A stretch of 59,449 nt of DNA, filler included. It is 5 parts of 5 records of this genome, joined end to end, with 100 filler letters (N's around TTAATTAATTAA, not from the genome) between each part and the next. Parts side by side here need not be neighbours in the genome. Positions count along the whole stretch, not along the records: positions 17,907 to 39,128 come from SRR31156797_22602; positions 39,229 to 51,728 come from SRR31156797_22611; 3 more parts are not named here. One strand, given 5' to 3'. Position 1 is the first letter of the stretch. Each line of letters starts with the position of its first letter. A program made the translations under genes and the position numbers. The notes under the pieces were generated by a model that was not told the DNA's origin, did no database searches, and saw only the letters and a program-made list of their open reading frames with translations. Of this stretch, positions 29,749-40,393 are shown in pieces.

Positions 29749-29823
29749 TTATTTATTAATTCATTCATATTTATAAAAATTATATGCATCTTTGCATCAA
29801 ATTCCATTAGCAGTACGATAAGA

Positions 29824-30843
29824 ATGAAAAAGGAAAATAACATTACCATACACGATATCGCAAAAGCCTTAAACATCTCTGGATCCACAGTTTCCAGAGC
29901 TCTAAATAACAATACACGCATTAGTGAAAAGACAAAAAAGGCTGTTCGCGATAAAGCAAAAGAATTAGGGTATCAGCCCAATGCACTTGCATCAAATTTG
30001 CGCACTAGTTGCACAAATACAATTGGTGTTATCATTCCAAGAATTAGTCGTTACTTTTTCTCTTCAGCAATTACTGGTATTGAAGAATTTGCACGAGAGA
30101 AAGGTTTTAATGTGATCATATGCCAATCAAACGATCTTGAAGCCAGAGAGTCGGATTGTGTACAAACTTTATTTGCATCAAGAGTGGATGGAGTTATTTC
30201 CTCAGTAGCCTTAAAAACAAACAACTATGAACATTACAAAACCTTTACCAATAGAAATATTCCATTGGTCTTTTTCGATAGAGTTTGCGATGAACTGGAA
30301 ACCAGCAAAGTAGTTGTAGATGACTTCAAAGGAGGTTTTATTGCCGCAGAACACCTTATATCTAAAGGATGTAAAAGAATTGCACACATTAGCGGTCCTC
30401 AACACTTGAACATATATATCAACCGCTTGCAAGGCTATTTGAAAGCACTTAGGAAACATGATATTACAGTTGATCAAAACTTGATACTTGAAAGTCCATT
30501 AACAAGGGAAGATGGCTTAAGATGTGCAAAAGAATTACTGGAATCAAGCAATCCTCCGGATGCTATTTTTGCAGGTAACGATACTACAGCACTAAGTATC
30601 ATCTTGTATGCAAAAGAGAAGGGAATAAGGATTCCTGAAGATTTAGCCATTATGGGATTTAGTAATGAACCTTTCTCAGAATACCTATCTCCATCCTTAA
30701 CAACTGTTGAACAATCGGGTTTTGATGTTGGAATTAAAGCAACTGAATTATTAATAGATATCATAACAAACAAAAGTGGAAATACTCAGGAAACAATTGT
30801 ACTTCCTGTAAAGTTAATAGAGAGAGAATCTACGAATAAATAA
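29824..30843 (+). CDS. LacI-family transcriptional regulator
   Basis: TIHDIAKALNISGSTVSRALN HTH, YQPNALA hinge, periplasmic-binding-like core, PSLTTV. Confidence 0.95.
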   Translation: MKKENNITIHDIAKALNISGSTVSRALNNNTRISEKTKKAVRDKAKELGYQPNALASNLRTSCTNTIGVIIPRISRYFFSSAITGIEEFAREKGFNVIICQSNDLEARESDCVQTLFASRVDGVISSVALKTNNYEHYKTFTNRNIPLVFFDRVCDELETSKVVVDDFKGGFIAAEHLISKGCKRIAHISGPQHLNIYINRLQGYLKALRKHDITVDQNLILESPLTREDGLRCAKELLESSNPPDAIFAGNDTTALSIILYAKEKGIRIPEDLAIMGFSNEPFSEYLSPSLTTVEQSGFDVGIKATELLIDIITNKSGNTQETIVLPVKLIERESTNK

Positions 30844-30891
30844 CAAAGGCTACCATACCAGCAGCCCTTATCTTTTACTACAATTCCATTC

Positions 30892-33453
30892 TTAATAGGT
30901 AGTATCTAATGTTTGAATTCGGATAATCTTTTCTAATTTCTCAAGACTTATAGTTGTTTTTAAATGAACCTCAATAGTTTTACCTGGTAACAAATCAAAG
31001 TAATTATCCGAAAAGAATCCATTTTCTGAACCTATTGTTAAAAATATATTTTTTGCAAGAACAGCACTTTGTAACTCAATTACAAAACCTTCCTTACTTT
31101 CTTCAATCTTATAATCTATTTGTGGTTTTGGCAAATCCAACTCTTTAACTGGCTTAAAATAAAGCATATTATTGGCAAGTTGTTTTCCATCCTTTAACAG
31201 TTCAACGACCAACAAGTGATTTTTTGGAGCAATATCGTTTAAAACATCTACCAATTTCGATTCAAAATATACCGCACTAGAATTCTTTTCAATTGCAATA
31301 TCTTTAGATATCGATAAAACTTCATTTCCTGAAAAATCAATCATTCTAAGATTCATTTTTGTATTTATTCCTTCCAAATGATCATTGACAACCGCTATTT
31401 TCAATTTTTCATCTTCTAAATATGGAGATATTAAAAGAGGTTCGAAACCTTTCTTTACGTAATATTGTAAAGCTTTCCACTCTTGATAATAATCAGTAGA
31501 ACTCCATGATGCAACCGGCCAACAATCGTTAATTTGCCAGTACAAACTTCCCATACAGTAAGGCATAGCACGACGATGACCTTCCAAAGCAATCTTAATC
31601 CCTTCGGCTTGCAGAACATGGTTTACATACAAAAATGATTCAAAATCCTTTGGCTTTTTGTAATCCTGAAGCATGTAGTATTCAATGGTTTCGTTACCTA
31701 TTGAGGATCGTTGATGCGACTTCATAACTTCCGAAAAAATATCATAATCCTCAGCAATGGCATATTTCTTTACTGATTTCATTTCAGGAAATGATTGAAA
31801 ACCATACTCACTCATAAATCGTGCAATATGAGTCGCATAATTTTTGAAGGGTTCTTTCCCCCACCAAACTCCCCAATAATGGTCATCTCCATTTATTAAA
31901 TCTGGTTTAATTCCTGTTCCGGAAGATGGACTTGAACTCCAGTAAGATCTTGAAGGATCATATTCTTTAACCGCTTCAGGTAATACTTCATGAAATATAT
32001 CTGTATACGCTTTCCAAATTTTATCAACATTATCTTTAGCCTTTCTTTTCCAGCCCCAATTGTTCCATGCAACAAGAATTTCATTATTTCCACACCATAG
32101 AGCTATACTTGGATGATTTCTTAATCGCTTAATATTATACTTTGCTTCTTTTTTTACGGAATTCAGAAAAGCCTCATCTCCTGGATACATCGCGCAAGCA
32201 AACATGAAATCTTGCCATACCAAAATTCCTGCTTCATCACACAAATCGTAGAATTTATCATCTTCATAATATCCACCTCCCCAAACACGAAGCATATTCA
32301 TATTCGACTTCTTAGCAGTAGCAATCACTTTTTTCAATTGCTCTTCACTAACTCTTGATGGAAAAATATCATTAGGGATGTAATTGGCACCTTTCATAAA
32401 TACTGGCTCTCTATTCACTTTAAAATAGAAGCTTGTTCCTTTTTTGTCTTTTTCACGTACTAACTCTACTGTTCTGATACCAATTCTGATCTGGGCAGCA
32501 GACTGTCTTCCTTCAACATTCAACTCTGCTTTAATAGTATACAAAGATTGTTCTCCCAATCCATTTGGCCACCAAAGTTTTGGGTTTTCAATTTTAAAAT
32601 TAATGCTGTATTCTTTCTTTCCCTTTTTCAGATGAACTTTAGATGTAGCCAGACCTACCTCATTATTTTTGATATTAATACTAGCTAAAACATCTTTTTC
32701 AGATTCAATCTCGAGTATTGCAGTAAACTCCGCAACATCTTCGTTCAATTTACTTTGTACAATCTGTAAATCATTAATTCGACTTACATTCCATGCTTTT
32801 AAATAAACAGGTCGCCAAATTCCACTAGTTACCAAACGAGGTCCCCAATCCCATCCATAATGATAACCTGCCTTTCTGGTATAAATACTAACTCTTTTAT
32901 TTCCTTCAACCTGTCCCAATTCTGCCTGATCATTCTCTGCTCCAGGAAATACAAAGCCATTTGCATTGTGTAGCTTCAATCCTTCTCTTATTGGTGATCG
33001 AAACACAATTTTCAACTCATTTTCCCTACTCTTTAGATATTTCTTCACATCAACTTCCCAGCCAATAAACATATTATCAGCCGAAAGTATCAATTCACTA
33101 TTCAAAAACACATTAGCATAAGTATCCAAACCTTTAAAATCAAGAGCAATTCTATCTTTATTTAGTACATCAGCTCCAATATCAAATGTTGTTTTATAGA
33201 TCCAATCTATCTTATCAATCCATTGCAAATCTCTTTCATTTAGTCGATAAAATGGATCTTCAATTTTCTCATTCGCCAGCAAATCCGTATGCACACAACC
33301 TGGAACTTCTGCAAGTAGCCAATCACTACTATCAACAGGAGAAAATTGCCAATTGGAATTCAATTCCTCTACAATCAATAATGGCTCTTTCTCAGATTTA
33401 CATGCCATTAATGAAAAAAGGATTACAATAATTAAAACTCTTGATTTTATCAT
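30892..33453 (-). CDS. GH2 beta-mannosidase (lipoprotein)
   Basis: Lipobox LMAC; YGWDWGPR, MKGANYIP, RVWGGG, WQDFMFAC, WCGNNE and SEYGFQS motifs. Confidence 0.92.
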   Translation of the reverse strand: MIKSRVLIIVILFSLMACKSEKEPLLIVEELNSNWQFSPVDSSDWLLAEVPGCVHTDLLANEKIEDPFYRLNERDLQWIDKIDWIYKTTFDIGADVLNKDRIALDFKGLDTYANVFLNSELILSADNMFIGWEVDVKKYLKSRENELKIVFRSPIREGLKLHNANGFVFPGAENDQAELGQVEGNKRVSIYTRKAGYHYGWDWGPRLVTSGIWRPVYLKAWNVSRINDLQIVQSKLNEDVAEFTAILEIESEKDVLASINIKNNEVGLATSKVHLKKGKKEYSINFKIENPKLWWPNGLGEQSLYTIKAELNVEGRQSAAQIRIGIRTVELVREKDKKGTSFYFKVNREPVFMKGANYIPNDIFPSRVSEEQLKKVIATAKKSNMNMLRVWGGGYYEDDKFYDLCDEAGILVWQDFMFACAMYPGDEAFLNSVKKEAKYNIKRLRNHPSIALWCGNNEILVAWNNWGWKRKAKDNVDKIWKAYTDIFHEVLPEAVKEYDPSRSYWSSSPSSGTGIKPDLINGDDHYWGVWWGKEPFKNYATHIARFMSEYGFQSFPEMKSVKKYAIAEDYDIFSEVMKSHQRSSIGNETIEYYMLQDYKKPKDFESFLYVNHVLQAEGIKIALEGHRRAMPYCMGSLYWQINDCWPVASWSSTDYYQEWKALQYYVKKGFEPLLISPYLEDEKLKIAVVNDHLEGINTKMNLRMIDFSGNEVLSISKDIAIEKNSSAVYFESKLVDVLNDIAPKNHLLVVELLKDGKQLANNMLYFKPVKELDLPKPQIDYKIEESKEGFVIELQSAVLAKNIFLTIGSENGFFSDNYFDLLPGKTIEVHLKTTISLEKLEKIIRIQTLDTTY

Positions 33454-33618
33454 AGAAGTAAATGTAATATTTTGTCAATAATAATACTTTCAATTTCTTA
33501 ATTTTTCAGAATAAGATTACTGAATCTACTCATTAAACAACAATCCTATTCAGATTCAATACAAATAACCACTCTGCCAAAAATATTTAAATCTCCCAAA
33601 AGTTAGAATACACAAAGC

Positions 33619-33641
33619 ACTTAGTGTACTTTTTACAATTA
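33619..33641. promoter_or_regulatory. NrtR-family operator 1
   Basis: ACTTAGTGTACTTTTTACAATTA, GTGT-N7-ACAA core. Confidence 0.65.
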
Positions 33642-33721
33642 CATACTGCATTCGTTTGCAAAAAAATTGATTGTCAATTTTTGCCATTTCTAAAAAAGGG
33701 TTTACATTAGCATCAAAATAT

Positions 33722-33744
33722 ACTTAGTGTAGTTTTTACACATA
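33722..33744. promoter_or_regulatory. NrtR-family operator 2
   Basis: ACTTAGTGTAGTTTTTACACATA, GTGT-N7-ACAC core; 18/19 identical to operator 1 over the first 19 nt. Confidence 0.72.
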
Positions 33745-33778
33745 CACGAGAAAAAGCTTACAATTACTGACTTATAAC

Positions 33779-34519
33779 ATGACAAATAGAATATTAAACC
33801 CTTACATATCTGTAGACTGCGTAATATTTGGTTACAATGGAAAAGAACTCCAGGTTCTTCTTGTAGATAGAACACTAATAAGTGAAACGGATGGAGCAAT
33901 AGTGTTCTCAGACCTTACTTTAACTGGAAATCATCTTTATGAAGATGAAACTATTGAAGAGGCAGCCTATCGTGTTCTTTTCGATTTAACTGGATTGAAC
34001 AATGTATTTCTTGATCAATTTAAGGCATTTGCTCATCCCGATCGTTTGAAAAAGCCCAATGACAGAAGATGGTTACTTCATGATGGCAGAGATCCGGACA
34101 AAAGAATTGTATCAATTGGATTCTTCTCCTTATTGGCAACTCAGGATGTAACACTGGAATGGAAAGGAAGAAATGTAAAATGGGTACCACTTTCAGAAAT
34201 TGGAGAATTGGCTTTCGATCACAACCAAATTGTTGAAGAAGCATTAAAGGCACTTCGAAATAAAATAAAGCACGAACCAATCGGTTTCGAGTTACTTCCC
34301 GAAAAGTTCAGCCTTACCGAAATGCAACATGTATACGAAGTGATACTTGGAACTGAATTGGACAAGAGAAATTTCAGAAAGAAAATTGCACGCATGAAAT
34401 ATTTGGTTCCATTGGATGAAAAACAAAAAGGCGTAGCGCACAAACCTGCCAGACTTTATGTGTTTAGTCGCGATGTGTACGAGAAAACCAGAAAAGAAAT
34501 GTTTGATTTTACTGTGTAA
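33779..34519 (+). CDS. NrtR-family regulator (Nudix effector domain + wHTH)
   Basis: SVDCVIFG, degenerate Nudix box, LAFDH, FELLPEKFSLTEMQHVYE..LG..LDKRNFRKK and KPARLY motifs. Confidence 0.92.
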   Translation: MTNRILNPYISVDCVIFGYNGKELQVLLVDRTLISETDGAIVFSDLTLTGNHLYEDETIEEAAYRVLFDLTGLNNVFLDQFKAFAHPDRLKKPNDRRWLLHDGRDPDKRIVSIGFFSLLATQDVTLEWKGRNVKWVPLSEIGELAFDHNQIVEEALKALRNKIKHEPIGFELLPEKFSLTEMQHVYEVILGTELDKRNFRKKIARMKYLVPLDEKQKGVAHKPARLYVFSRDVYEKTRKEMFDFTV

Positions 34520-34524
34520 AGAAA

Positions 34525-36123
34525 ATGAGTTTGACTTCTAAAATATCAATAAAAGAGAAAATTGGTTATGCTCTGGGCGATGGAGCTGCTAATATCGCTT
34601 GGCGAGGAGTAGCTACATTCCTATTCATTTTTTACACAGATGTTTTTGGTTTGGCACCTGCTGTAGTTGGTGTTTTAATGCTTGTGGCTCGTTCGTCTGA
34701 TGGAATTAGTGATGTACTAATGGGTATAGCAGGCGATCGAACCAATACCAAATATGGTAAATTCAGACCATGGATTTTGTTTACCGCCATCCCTCTTGGT
34801 GTTATTCTTTCACTTCTCTTTACCTCTCCGAATCTTTCCGACACAGGAAAAATCATTTATGCATATACTACATATATCTTGTTCACGCTAATTTACACAG
34901 CCAACAATATTCCTTACGGGGCACTAATGGCGGTAATGACAGGTGATGATAAGGAAAGAACAAGTATTGGTTCGTACAGAATGGTAGGAGCCTTTGCTGG
35001 CGGTATGCTGGTGCAGGGAGCTCTCCTATTTTTGGTTGCCAATTTTGGAAACATCAACCCAAACATCAAAGTTCAAGAACTAGAAAAAGAAAAGTTTCAG
35101 GTAGTGGTATCGGCTCAAGATGATATCGAAAATGTAAACATCAAAACCAAAAATGGAATTGCCAATTTTGTATGGGAAAACAATACAGATGTTAGCAATA
35201 CTCCTACACAAGGAAAGAGTTTCAGCATTATCGCAAATCAGGAATATGCATTCATTGTAAGTGGTGAAGAAAATCTGAATAAGGATCAAATAATTGTAAT
35301 CGATCAGAAAAGTGGTTACTCCTATTCTATGTATTTGATGGCTGTTTTTTTAGCGCTGTTCATGTTAATTACATTTTGGAGCACGAAGGAAAGAATTCAA
35401 CCCCCTAAAGAACAAGAGAACAATCTGCTGAAAGATTTAAAAGATTTAGTGCAGAACAAACCATGGTTGGTATTATTAACCATTGGCTTGATTTTTAGCA
35501 TCTATAATTCAATTAAGCAGGGTATTGTAGTGATTTATTTCACTCACTATCTGCACAATCAATTACTGGCAGCATCTTTTATGGTTGCCCTTATGTTTGC
35601 TTCGATCGCTGGTGCTATGATTACAGCTCCTCTTAGCAAAAAGTTAGGGAAGAAAAAACTATTTATTTACGCACTTATATTCTCAGGAATCACCAATGCG
35701 TCTATCATATTTTGTGGACCAACTGATATTTCAGCAATCTATGTTTTAGGAATTGTATCGGAGTTTGCCGCTGCTATTTTCCCAACACTATTCTTTGCTA
35801 TGCTTGGTGATGCTGCCGATTATTCTGAATTCAAAAATGGTCGTCGTGCCACTGGTTTAATTTATTCTGCCGGTTCATTTGCTACCAAATTTGGAGGAGG
35901 TCTTGCCGGTGCTATTATTGGCTTTGTTTTGGCTGCCTTCCATTACAATGGACAGGATCATATTGCCATAAAAGGAGCTATTCCAGGAATTAAAATGCTA
36001 ATGAGTTGGATACCTGCAATTATAGCAATCTTAGGTGCCCTATTCATGACTATTTATCCATTAAATCAGAATAAAATGGATGAAATTACAAGAGAGTTAG
36101 AAACAAGAAGATTAACAAGTTAA
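34525..36123 (+). CDS. GPH-family (MelB-like) sugar:cation symporter with inserted soluble domain
   Basis: [40 protein letters not shown] and GRRATG motifs; 532 aa, long for the family. Confidence 0.9.
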   Translation: MSLTSKISIKEKIGYALGDGAANIAWRGVATFLFIFYTDVFGLAPAVVGVLMLVARSSDGISDVLMGIAGDRTNTKYGKFRPWILFTAIPLGVILSLLFTSPNLSDTGKIIYAYTTYILFTLIYTANNIPYGALMAVMTGDDKERTSIGSYRMVGAFAGGMLVQGALLFLVANFGNINPNIKVQELEKEKFQVVVSAQDDIENVNIKTKNGIANFVWENNTDVSNTPTQGKSFSIIANQEYAFIVSGEENLNKDQIIVIDQKSGYSYSMYLMAVFLALFMLITFWSTKERIQPPKEQENNLLKDLKDLVQNKPWLVLLTIGLIFSIYNSIKQGIVVIYFTHYLHNQLLAASFMVALMFASIAGAMITAPLSKKLGKKKLFIYALIFSGITNASIIFCGPTDISAIYVLGIVSEFAAAIFPTLFFAMLGDAADYSEFKNGRRATGLIYSAGSFATKFGGGLAGAIIGFVLAAFHYNGQDHIAIKGAIPGIKMLMSWIPAIIAILGALFMTIYPLNQNKMDEITRELETRRLTS

Positions 36124-36134
36124 TTCAAAATATT

Positions 36135-38567
36135 ATGAAGTACGGTTTCTTTGACGATGCCAATAAAGAGTACGTAATTAACTCACCAAAAACACCATTT
36201 CCTTGGATCAATTACCTTGGAAATAAGGATTTTTTCGGGTTGATTTCGAATACAGCGGGAGGATATACATTTTACAAAGATGCCAAGTTCCGTAGATTAA
36301 CAAGATATCGTTACAATAACGTTCCTGTTGATACAGGAGGACGTTACTACTATATTAAAGATGAAGATACAGTTTGGAATCCTGGCTTTAAACCTACACA
36401 AACTGCATTAGATCATTACGAATGTCGTCATGGTTTAGGATATACGCGATTTCTGAGCAAGAAAAATGATATTTCTTCAGACCTTCTTTGTTTTATTCCA
36501 TTGGATTATATGGGAGAAGTTCACCTTTTGAAGTTGAAAAATGATTCAAATCAAGCTAAAAAAATAAAGTTGTTCTCTTTTGCAGAATGGTGCCTTTGGA
36601 ATGCCGAAGATGATATGACCAACTTCCAACGTAATCTGTCAACTGGTGAAGTTGAAGTTGAAGGATCAACCATCTATCACAAAACAGAATACAAAGAGCG
36701 TAGAAATCATTTTGCTTTCTTCTCTGTAAATGCTGATATCAATGGATTTGATACAGATCGTGAATCTTTTGTGGGAATGCACAATGGTTTCAACAATCCG
36801 GAAGTGATTGAAGTAGGTAAAGCTAAAAACAGTATAGCACACGGATGGTCGCCAATTGCCTCGCATTATATCGAAATTGAATTACAAGCTGGCGAAGAGA
36901 GAGAGTTTGTTTTCACTTTGGGATATGTAGAAAACGAGCAAGATGAGAAGTGGAGCTCTAAGGGTGTAATCAACAAAAACAAAGCAGTTGAAATGTTGAA
37001 ACAGTTTGATTCATCTGTGAAAGTAAATGAAGCATTCAATAATCTTCAATCCTATTGGAATAATTTACTAGAAACTTATCAATTGCAAAGTAACGAACCT
37101 GAGTTAAATCGAATGGTGAACATCTGGAATCAATACCAGTGTATGGTTACTTTTAACATGTCGCGAAGTGCCAGTTTCTTCGAAAGTGGAATTGGTCGTG
37201 GAATGGGTTTCAGAGATTCCAATCAGGATTTGATTGGTTTTGTACACCAGATTCCAGAATTGGCTCGCGAGCGTATTTTGGATATTGCTGCTACACAATT
37301 TGAAGATGGTGGATGTTACCATCAATATCAACCATTAACAAAAATGGGCAATCACGCTTTGGGTGGAGATTTTAACGACGATCCACTTTGGTTAATTCTT
37401 TCTGTTACTGCATACATAAAGGAAACCGGAGATTTTGGAATACTGGAAGAACAAGTTCCATTTGATAATGATGAGAGCAAAGCCAAAAGTTTATTCGATC
37501 ATTTACATACTTCTTTTTATCATGTAGTAAACAATTTGGGACCGCATCAATTGCCACTTATTGGTCGCGCCGATTGGAATGACTGCTTGAACCTGAATTG
37601 TTTCTCAGATAATCCTAACGAATCCTTTCAAACTACTGGAAACAAAAAAGGAAGAACTGCAGAATCACTAATGATTGCCGGATTGTTTGTTGTTTATGGC
37701 AAAGAGTACGTAAAGCTTTGCAACAAAATTGGCAAAGATCAGGATGCAAGTAAAGCTCAAAAGCATGTAGATAACATGAGCGGAGCTGTAAAAATGAGTG
37801 GCTGGGATGGAGATTGGTATCTACGAGCTTACGATTATTTTGGCAACAAAGTAGGATCGAAAGAGAATCAGGAAGGTAAAATTTTTATAGAATCTCAAGG
37901 CTGGTGTGCTATGGCTGAAATTGGAGCTGAAGATGGCATGCCTGAGAAAGCACTGAATAGTGTGAAAGAAATGCTGGATACGCCTTATGGTATTGTACTC
38001 AACAATCCTGCTTTTACGGAATACAAAATTGAATATGGTGAAATATCTACTTACCCTGCCGGATACAAAGAGAATGCAGGAATTTTCTGTCACAACAATC
38101 CTTGGGTTATTATTGGAGAAACACTTTTAGGAAGAGGAGATCAAGCCTGGGAGTATTTTAAGAAAATATGCCCTGCCTATCTAGAGGAAATTAGCGAACT
38201 GCACAAGGTTGAGCCTTACGTGTATTGTCAAATGATAGCCGGAAAAGATGCTTTTAAACCCGGCGAAGGAAAAAACAGTTGGCTGACGGGTACTGCTTCT
38301 TGGAATTTCTATACTGCAACTCAATACATTTTAGGTATTCAGCCCGATTACGATGGATTGAAAATTGATCCATGTATTCCAAAGGAGTGGAAAGAATATT
38401 CGGTTACACGAAAATTCAGAGGCGCAACTTATTTCATTCATATTACTAATCCGAATGAGAAAAACAAAGGTGTTAAATCAATAAAAATAAACGGAGACAG
38501 AATTAATGGAAACATTATTCCCGTTCAAAAACCAGGAGAATATAAAATTGAAATTGTATTAGAATAA
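36135..38567 (+). CDS. cbpA: GH94 cellobiose phosphorylase
   Basis: 810 aa; [27 protein letters not shown], catalytic [27 protein letters not shown] and SWLTGTA motifs. Confidence 0.9.
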   Translation: MKYGFFDDANKEYVINSPKTPFPWINYLGNKDFFGLISNTAGGYTFYKDAKFRRLTRYRYNNVPVDTGGRYYYIKDEDTVWNPGFKPTQTALDHYECRHGLGYTRFLSKKNDISSDLLCFIPLDYMGEVHLLKLKNDSNQAKKIKLFSFAEWCLWNAEDDMTNFQRNLSTGEVEVEGSTIYHKTEYKERRNHFAFFSVNADINGFDTDRESFVGMHNGFNNPEVIEVGKAKNSIAHGWSPIASHYIEIELQAGEEREFVFTLGYVENEQDEKWSSKGVINKNKAVEMLKQFDSSVKVNEAFNNLQSYWNNLLETYQLQSNEPELNRMVNIWNQYQCMVTFNMSRSASFFESGIGRGMGFRDSNQDLIGFVHQIPELARERILDIAATQFEDGGCYHQYQPLTKMGNHALGGDFNDDPLWLILSVTAYIKETGDFGILEEQVPFDNDESKAKSLFDHLHTSFYHVVNNLGPHQLPLIGRADWNDCLNLNCFSDNPNESFQTTGNKKGRTAESLMIAGLFVVYGKEYVKLCNKIGKDQDASKAQKHVDNMSGAVKMSGWDGDWYLRAYDYFGNKVGSKENQEGKIFIESQGWCAMAEIGAEDGMPEKALNSVKEMLDTPYGIVLNNPAFTEYKIEYGEISTYPAGYKENAGIFCHNNPWVIIGETLLGRGDQAWEYFKKICPAYLEEISELHKVEPYVYCQMIAGKDAFKPGEGKNSWLTGTASWNFYTATQYILGIQPDYDGLKIDPCIPKEWKEYSVTRKFRGATYFIHITNPNEKNKGVKSIKINGDRINGNIIPVQKPGEYKIEIVLE

Positions 38568-38639
38568 TTAGAAACAGATAGAATTCTAACCCTAAATATA
38601 CCCGATATGAATGATTTCAATATTAATACATATAAAAGA

Positions 38640-38674
38640 TGCCGAAAGGAGTTGTTGGTCCAGTCCTTCCGGCA
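38640..38674 (+). promoter_or_regulatory. Stem-loop in the susC 5' leader
   Basis: TGCCGAAAGGA-(13 nt)-TCCTTCCGGCA with no U-tract, ending 43 nt before the probable start. Confidence 0.45.
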
Positions 38675-38717
38675 AATAATTCATAACAAATTAACGCTAA
38701 TGAATCACTTCAAATTT

Positions 38718-39128
38718 ATGAAAAAATCTAACAATTCTAGAGCAGCCTTATCCAATTCGGATAATGGTAAGCAAACGAGTGGGAATTGGTTGATTAAACC
38801 AGCTCTCATTCTACTAGCTGTTTTAATGAGTACAGCTATGGTTTTTGCTCAAAATTCGGATAAAACAATTTCCGGAAAAGTAACTGATTCATCTGGTCTT
38901 GGTCTACCAGGTGTTAACATCTCTATTAAGGGAACAACCATTGGCACAGTTTCAAATATCGATGGTGATTACAGTATCACAGCAAGTCCCGAAAACCTTA
39001 TCGTATTTAGTTTTATTGGTCACACAACACAGGAAATTTTTGTAGGCGATAAAAACACAATCAATGTAGTAATGCTGGAAGATGCACTAAGTGTAGACGA
39101 AGTTGTTGTTATTGGTTATGGTGTTCAG
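38718..39128 (+). CDS. susC: SusC/RagA TonB-dependent transporter, N-terminal part (truncated)
   Basis: Signal peptide, ISGKVTD..G..LPGVNI.IKGT..G, FSFIG and DEVVVIGYGVQ; start placed at MKKSNN. Confidence 0.88.
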
Positions 39129-39228
39129 NNNNNNNNNNNNNNNNNNNNNNNNNNNNNNNNNNNNNNNNNNNNTTAATTAATTAANNNNNNNNNNNNNNNN
39201 NNNNNNNNNNNNNNNNNNNNNNNNNNNN
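39129..39228. other. Artificial contig linker
   Basis: 44 N + TTAATTAATTAA + 44 N. Confidence 0.99.
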
Positions 39229-39274
39229 GCCAATTTATTAGGACAATATTGATTTGAATAAATATTCTTCCTTG

Positions 39275-39309
39275 AACCCCTTTCTAATTGTAACTAGAGA
39301 GGGGTTTTT
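39275..39309 (+). terminator. Terminator of an upstream (unseen) gene
   Basis: AACCCCTTTCTA...TAGAGAGGGGTT followed by Ts. Confidence 0.6.
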
Positions 39310-39368
39310 GGATTTCTATAATTATCCGGTTTAAAAAATAAGCTTCTTGCAAATAAGAAATTTATTCA

Positions 39369-39397
39369 TACATTTGCAGTGACTGCACGGGCGGTCA
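39369..39397 (+). promoter_or_regulatory. Bacteroidota -7 promoter element and probable TetR operator
   Basis: TACATTTG (TAnnTTTG) at 39369-39376, followed by the imperfect palindrome TGACTG-CACGGG-CGGTCA at 39380-39397. Confidence 0.55.
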
Positions 39398-39421
39398 GTT
39401 TGAATGAGAGCTTATTATTTT

Positions 39422-39970
39422 ATGGATAAAAGAGAACAATTAATAGAAATAGCTACCCAGCTATTCTCAGAAAGAGGATATGAAAACACACCATTGTCGG
39501 TGGTATGCGAAACAGCTAATGTTTCCAAAGGATTGATATCTCATCATTTTAAATCTAAGGATGGATTGTTGAGAGAGATCTTCATGAAAACAACGAAGGT
39601 GATTGTGAAAATTAATGAATCTAAAGAAGCAAATCTATCTCCAAAGGAAAGATTAAAGAATTTACTGGATTCGTTCTTTTTGCAATTAGAAGCTGATAAA
39701 TTGTTTTTTCAGTTTAACCTGAATGTAATGATGCAGCCCCGAACAAGGGAAGTATTACAGGATCTGATAAAAGAGAGAGCAGATTTTATTCTTAAATCGG
39801 TAGGAGCTATTTTCGATAAACTGGATCATGAAAAATCACATGTCTTAAGCTATATGTTTATTGCAGAGCTGGATGGAATCGCACTAAACTTTTTAGCAGA
39901 CAGGGGCGAGTTTCCACTACTGGAAATTAAAGATCATCTTTTGGAAAAATACTTGACTTATGGAGATTAG
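39422..39970 (+). CDS. TetR/AcrR-family regulator
   Basis: LFSERGYENT...ANVSKGLISHHFKSKDGL HTH; start placed at MDKREQ. Confidence 0.92.
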   Translation: MDKREQLIEIATQLFSERGYENTPLSVVCETANVSKGLISHHFKSKDGLLREIFMKTTKVIVKINESKEANLSPKERLKNLLDSFFLQLEADKLFFQFNLNVMMQPRTREVLQDLIKERADFILKSVGAIFDKLDHEKSHVLSYMFIAELDGIALNFLADRGEFPLLEIKDHLLEKYLTYGD

Positions 39971-40388
39971 AAAATGTGAAGATAAGGAGATAAATAAAGT
40001 GGTAGAGCTTTGGTATCAGGTTTCCATACAGGCACATAGTTTTATTTCATCAGAATACTGGAAAGAGAATAGAGAAGCCATGGCTACACAATATTTACCT
40101 TCTTCCGAAAGCTACATCGCAGTGGATAAAGATAAGCTTATGGGCTTTGTATCGATGATAGATAATTATTTGGCGGCAATTTTTGTTCAAACAGATATGC
40201 AAGGTCAAGGCATTGGTAAAAAACTATTGAATCATGTCAAAAAAAGAAATGCCACGATTCAATTAAAAGTGTATAAAAAAAATGCCAATAGCCTTCAATT
40301 TTATACTTGTCAGGGCTTTAAAATTCTGTCTGAAAATACGGAGGAAAGCACAAACGAGGTTGAATATTTAATGGAATGGAAAAATTAA
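39960..40388 (+). CDS. GNAT acetyltransferase (YjaB/YiaC-like)
   Basis: AHSFI, IFV...QGQGIGKKLL and L.VYKKN...FY...GF motifs. Confidence 0.88.
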   Translation: MEIRKCEDKEINKVVELWYQVSIQAHSFISSEYWKENREAMATQYLPSSESYIAVDKDKLMGFVSMIDNYLAAIFVQTDMQGQGIGKKLLNHVKKRNATIQLKVYKKNANSLQFYTCQGFKILSENTEESTNEVEYLMEWKN

Positions 40389-40393
40389 GAACA

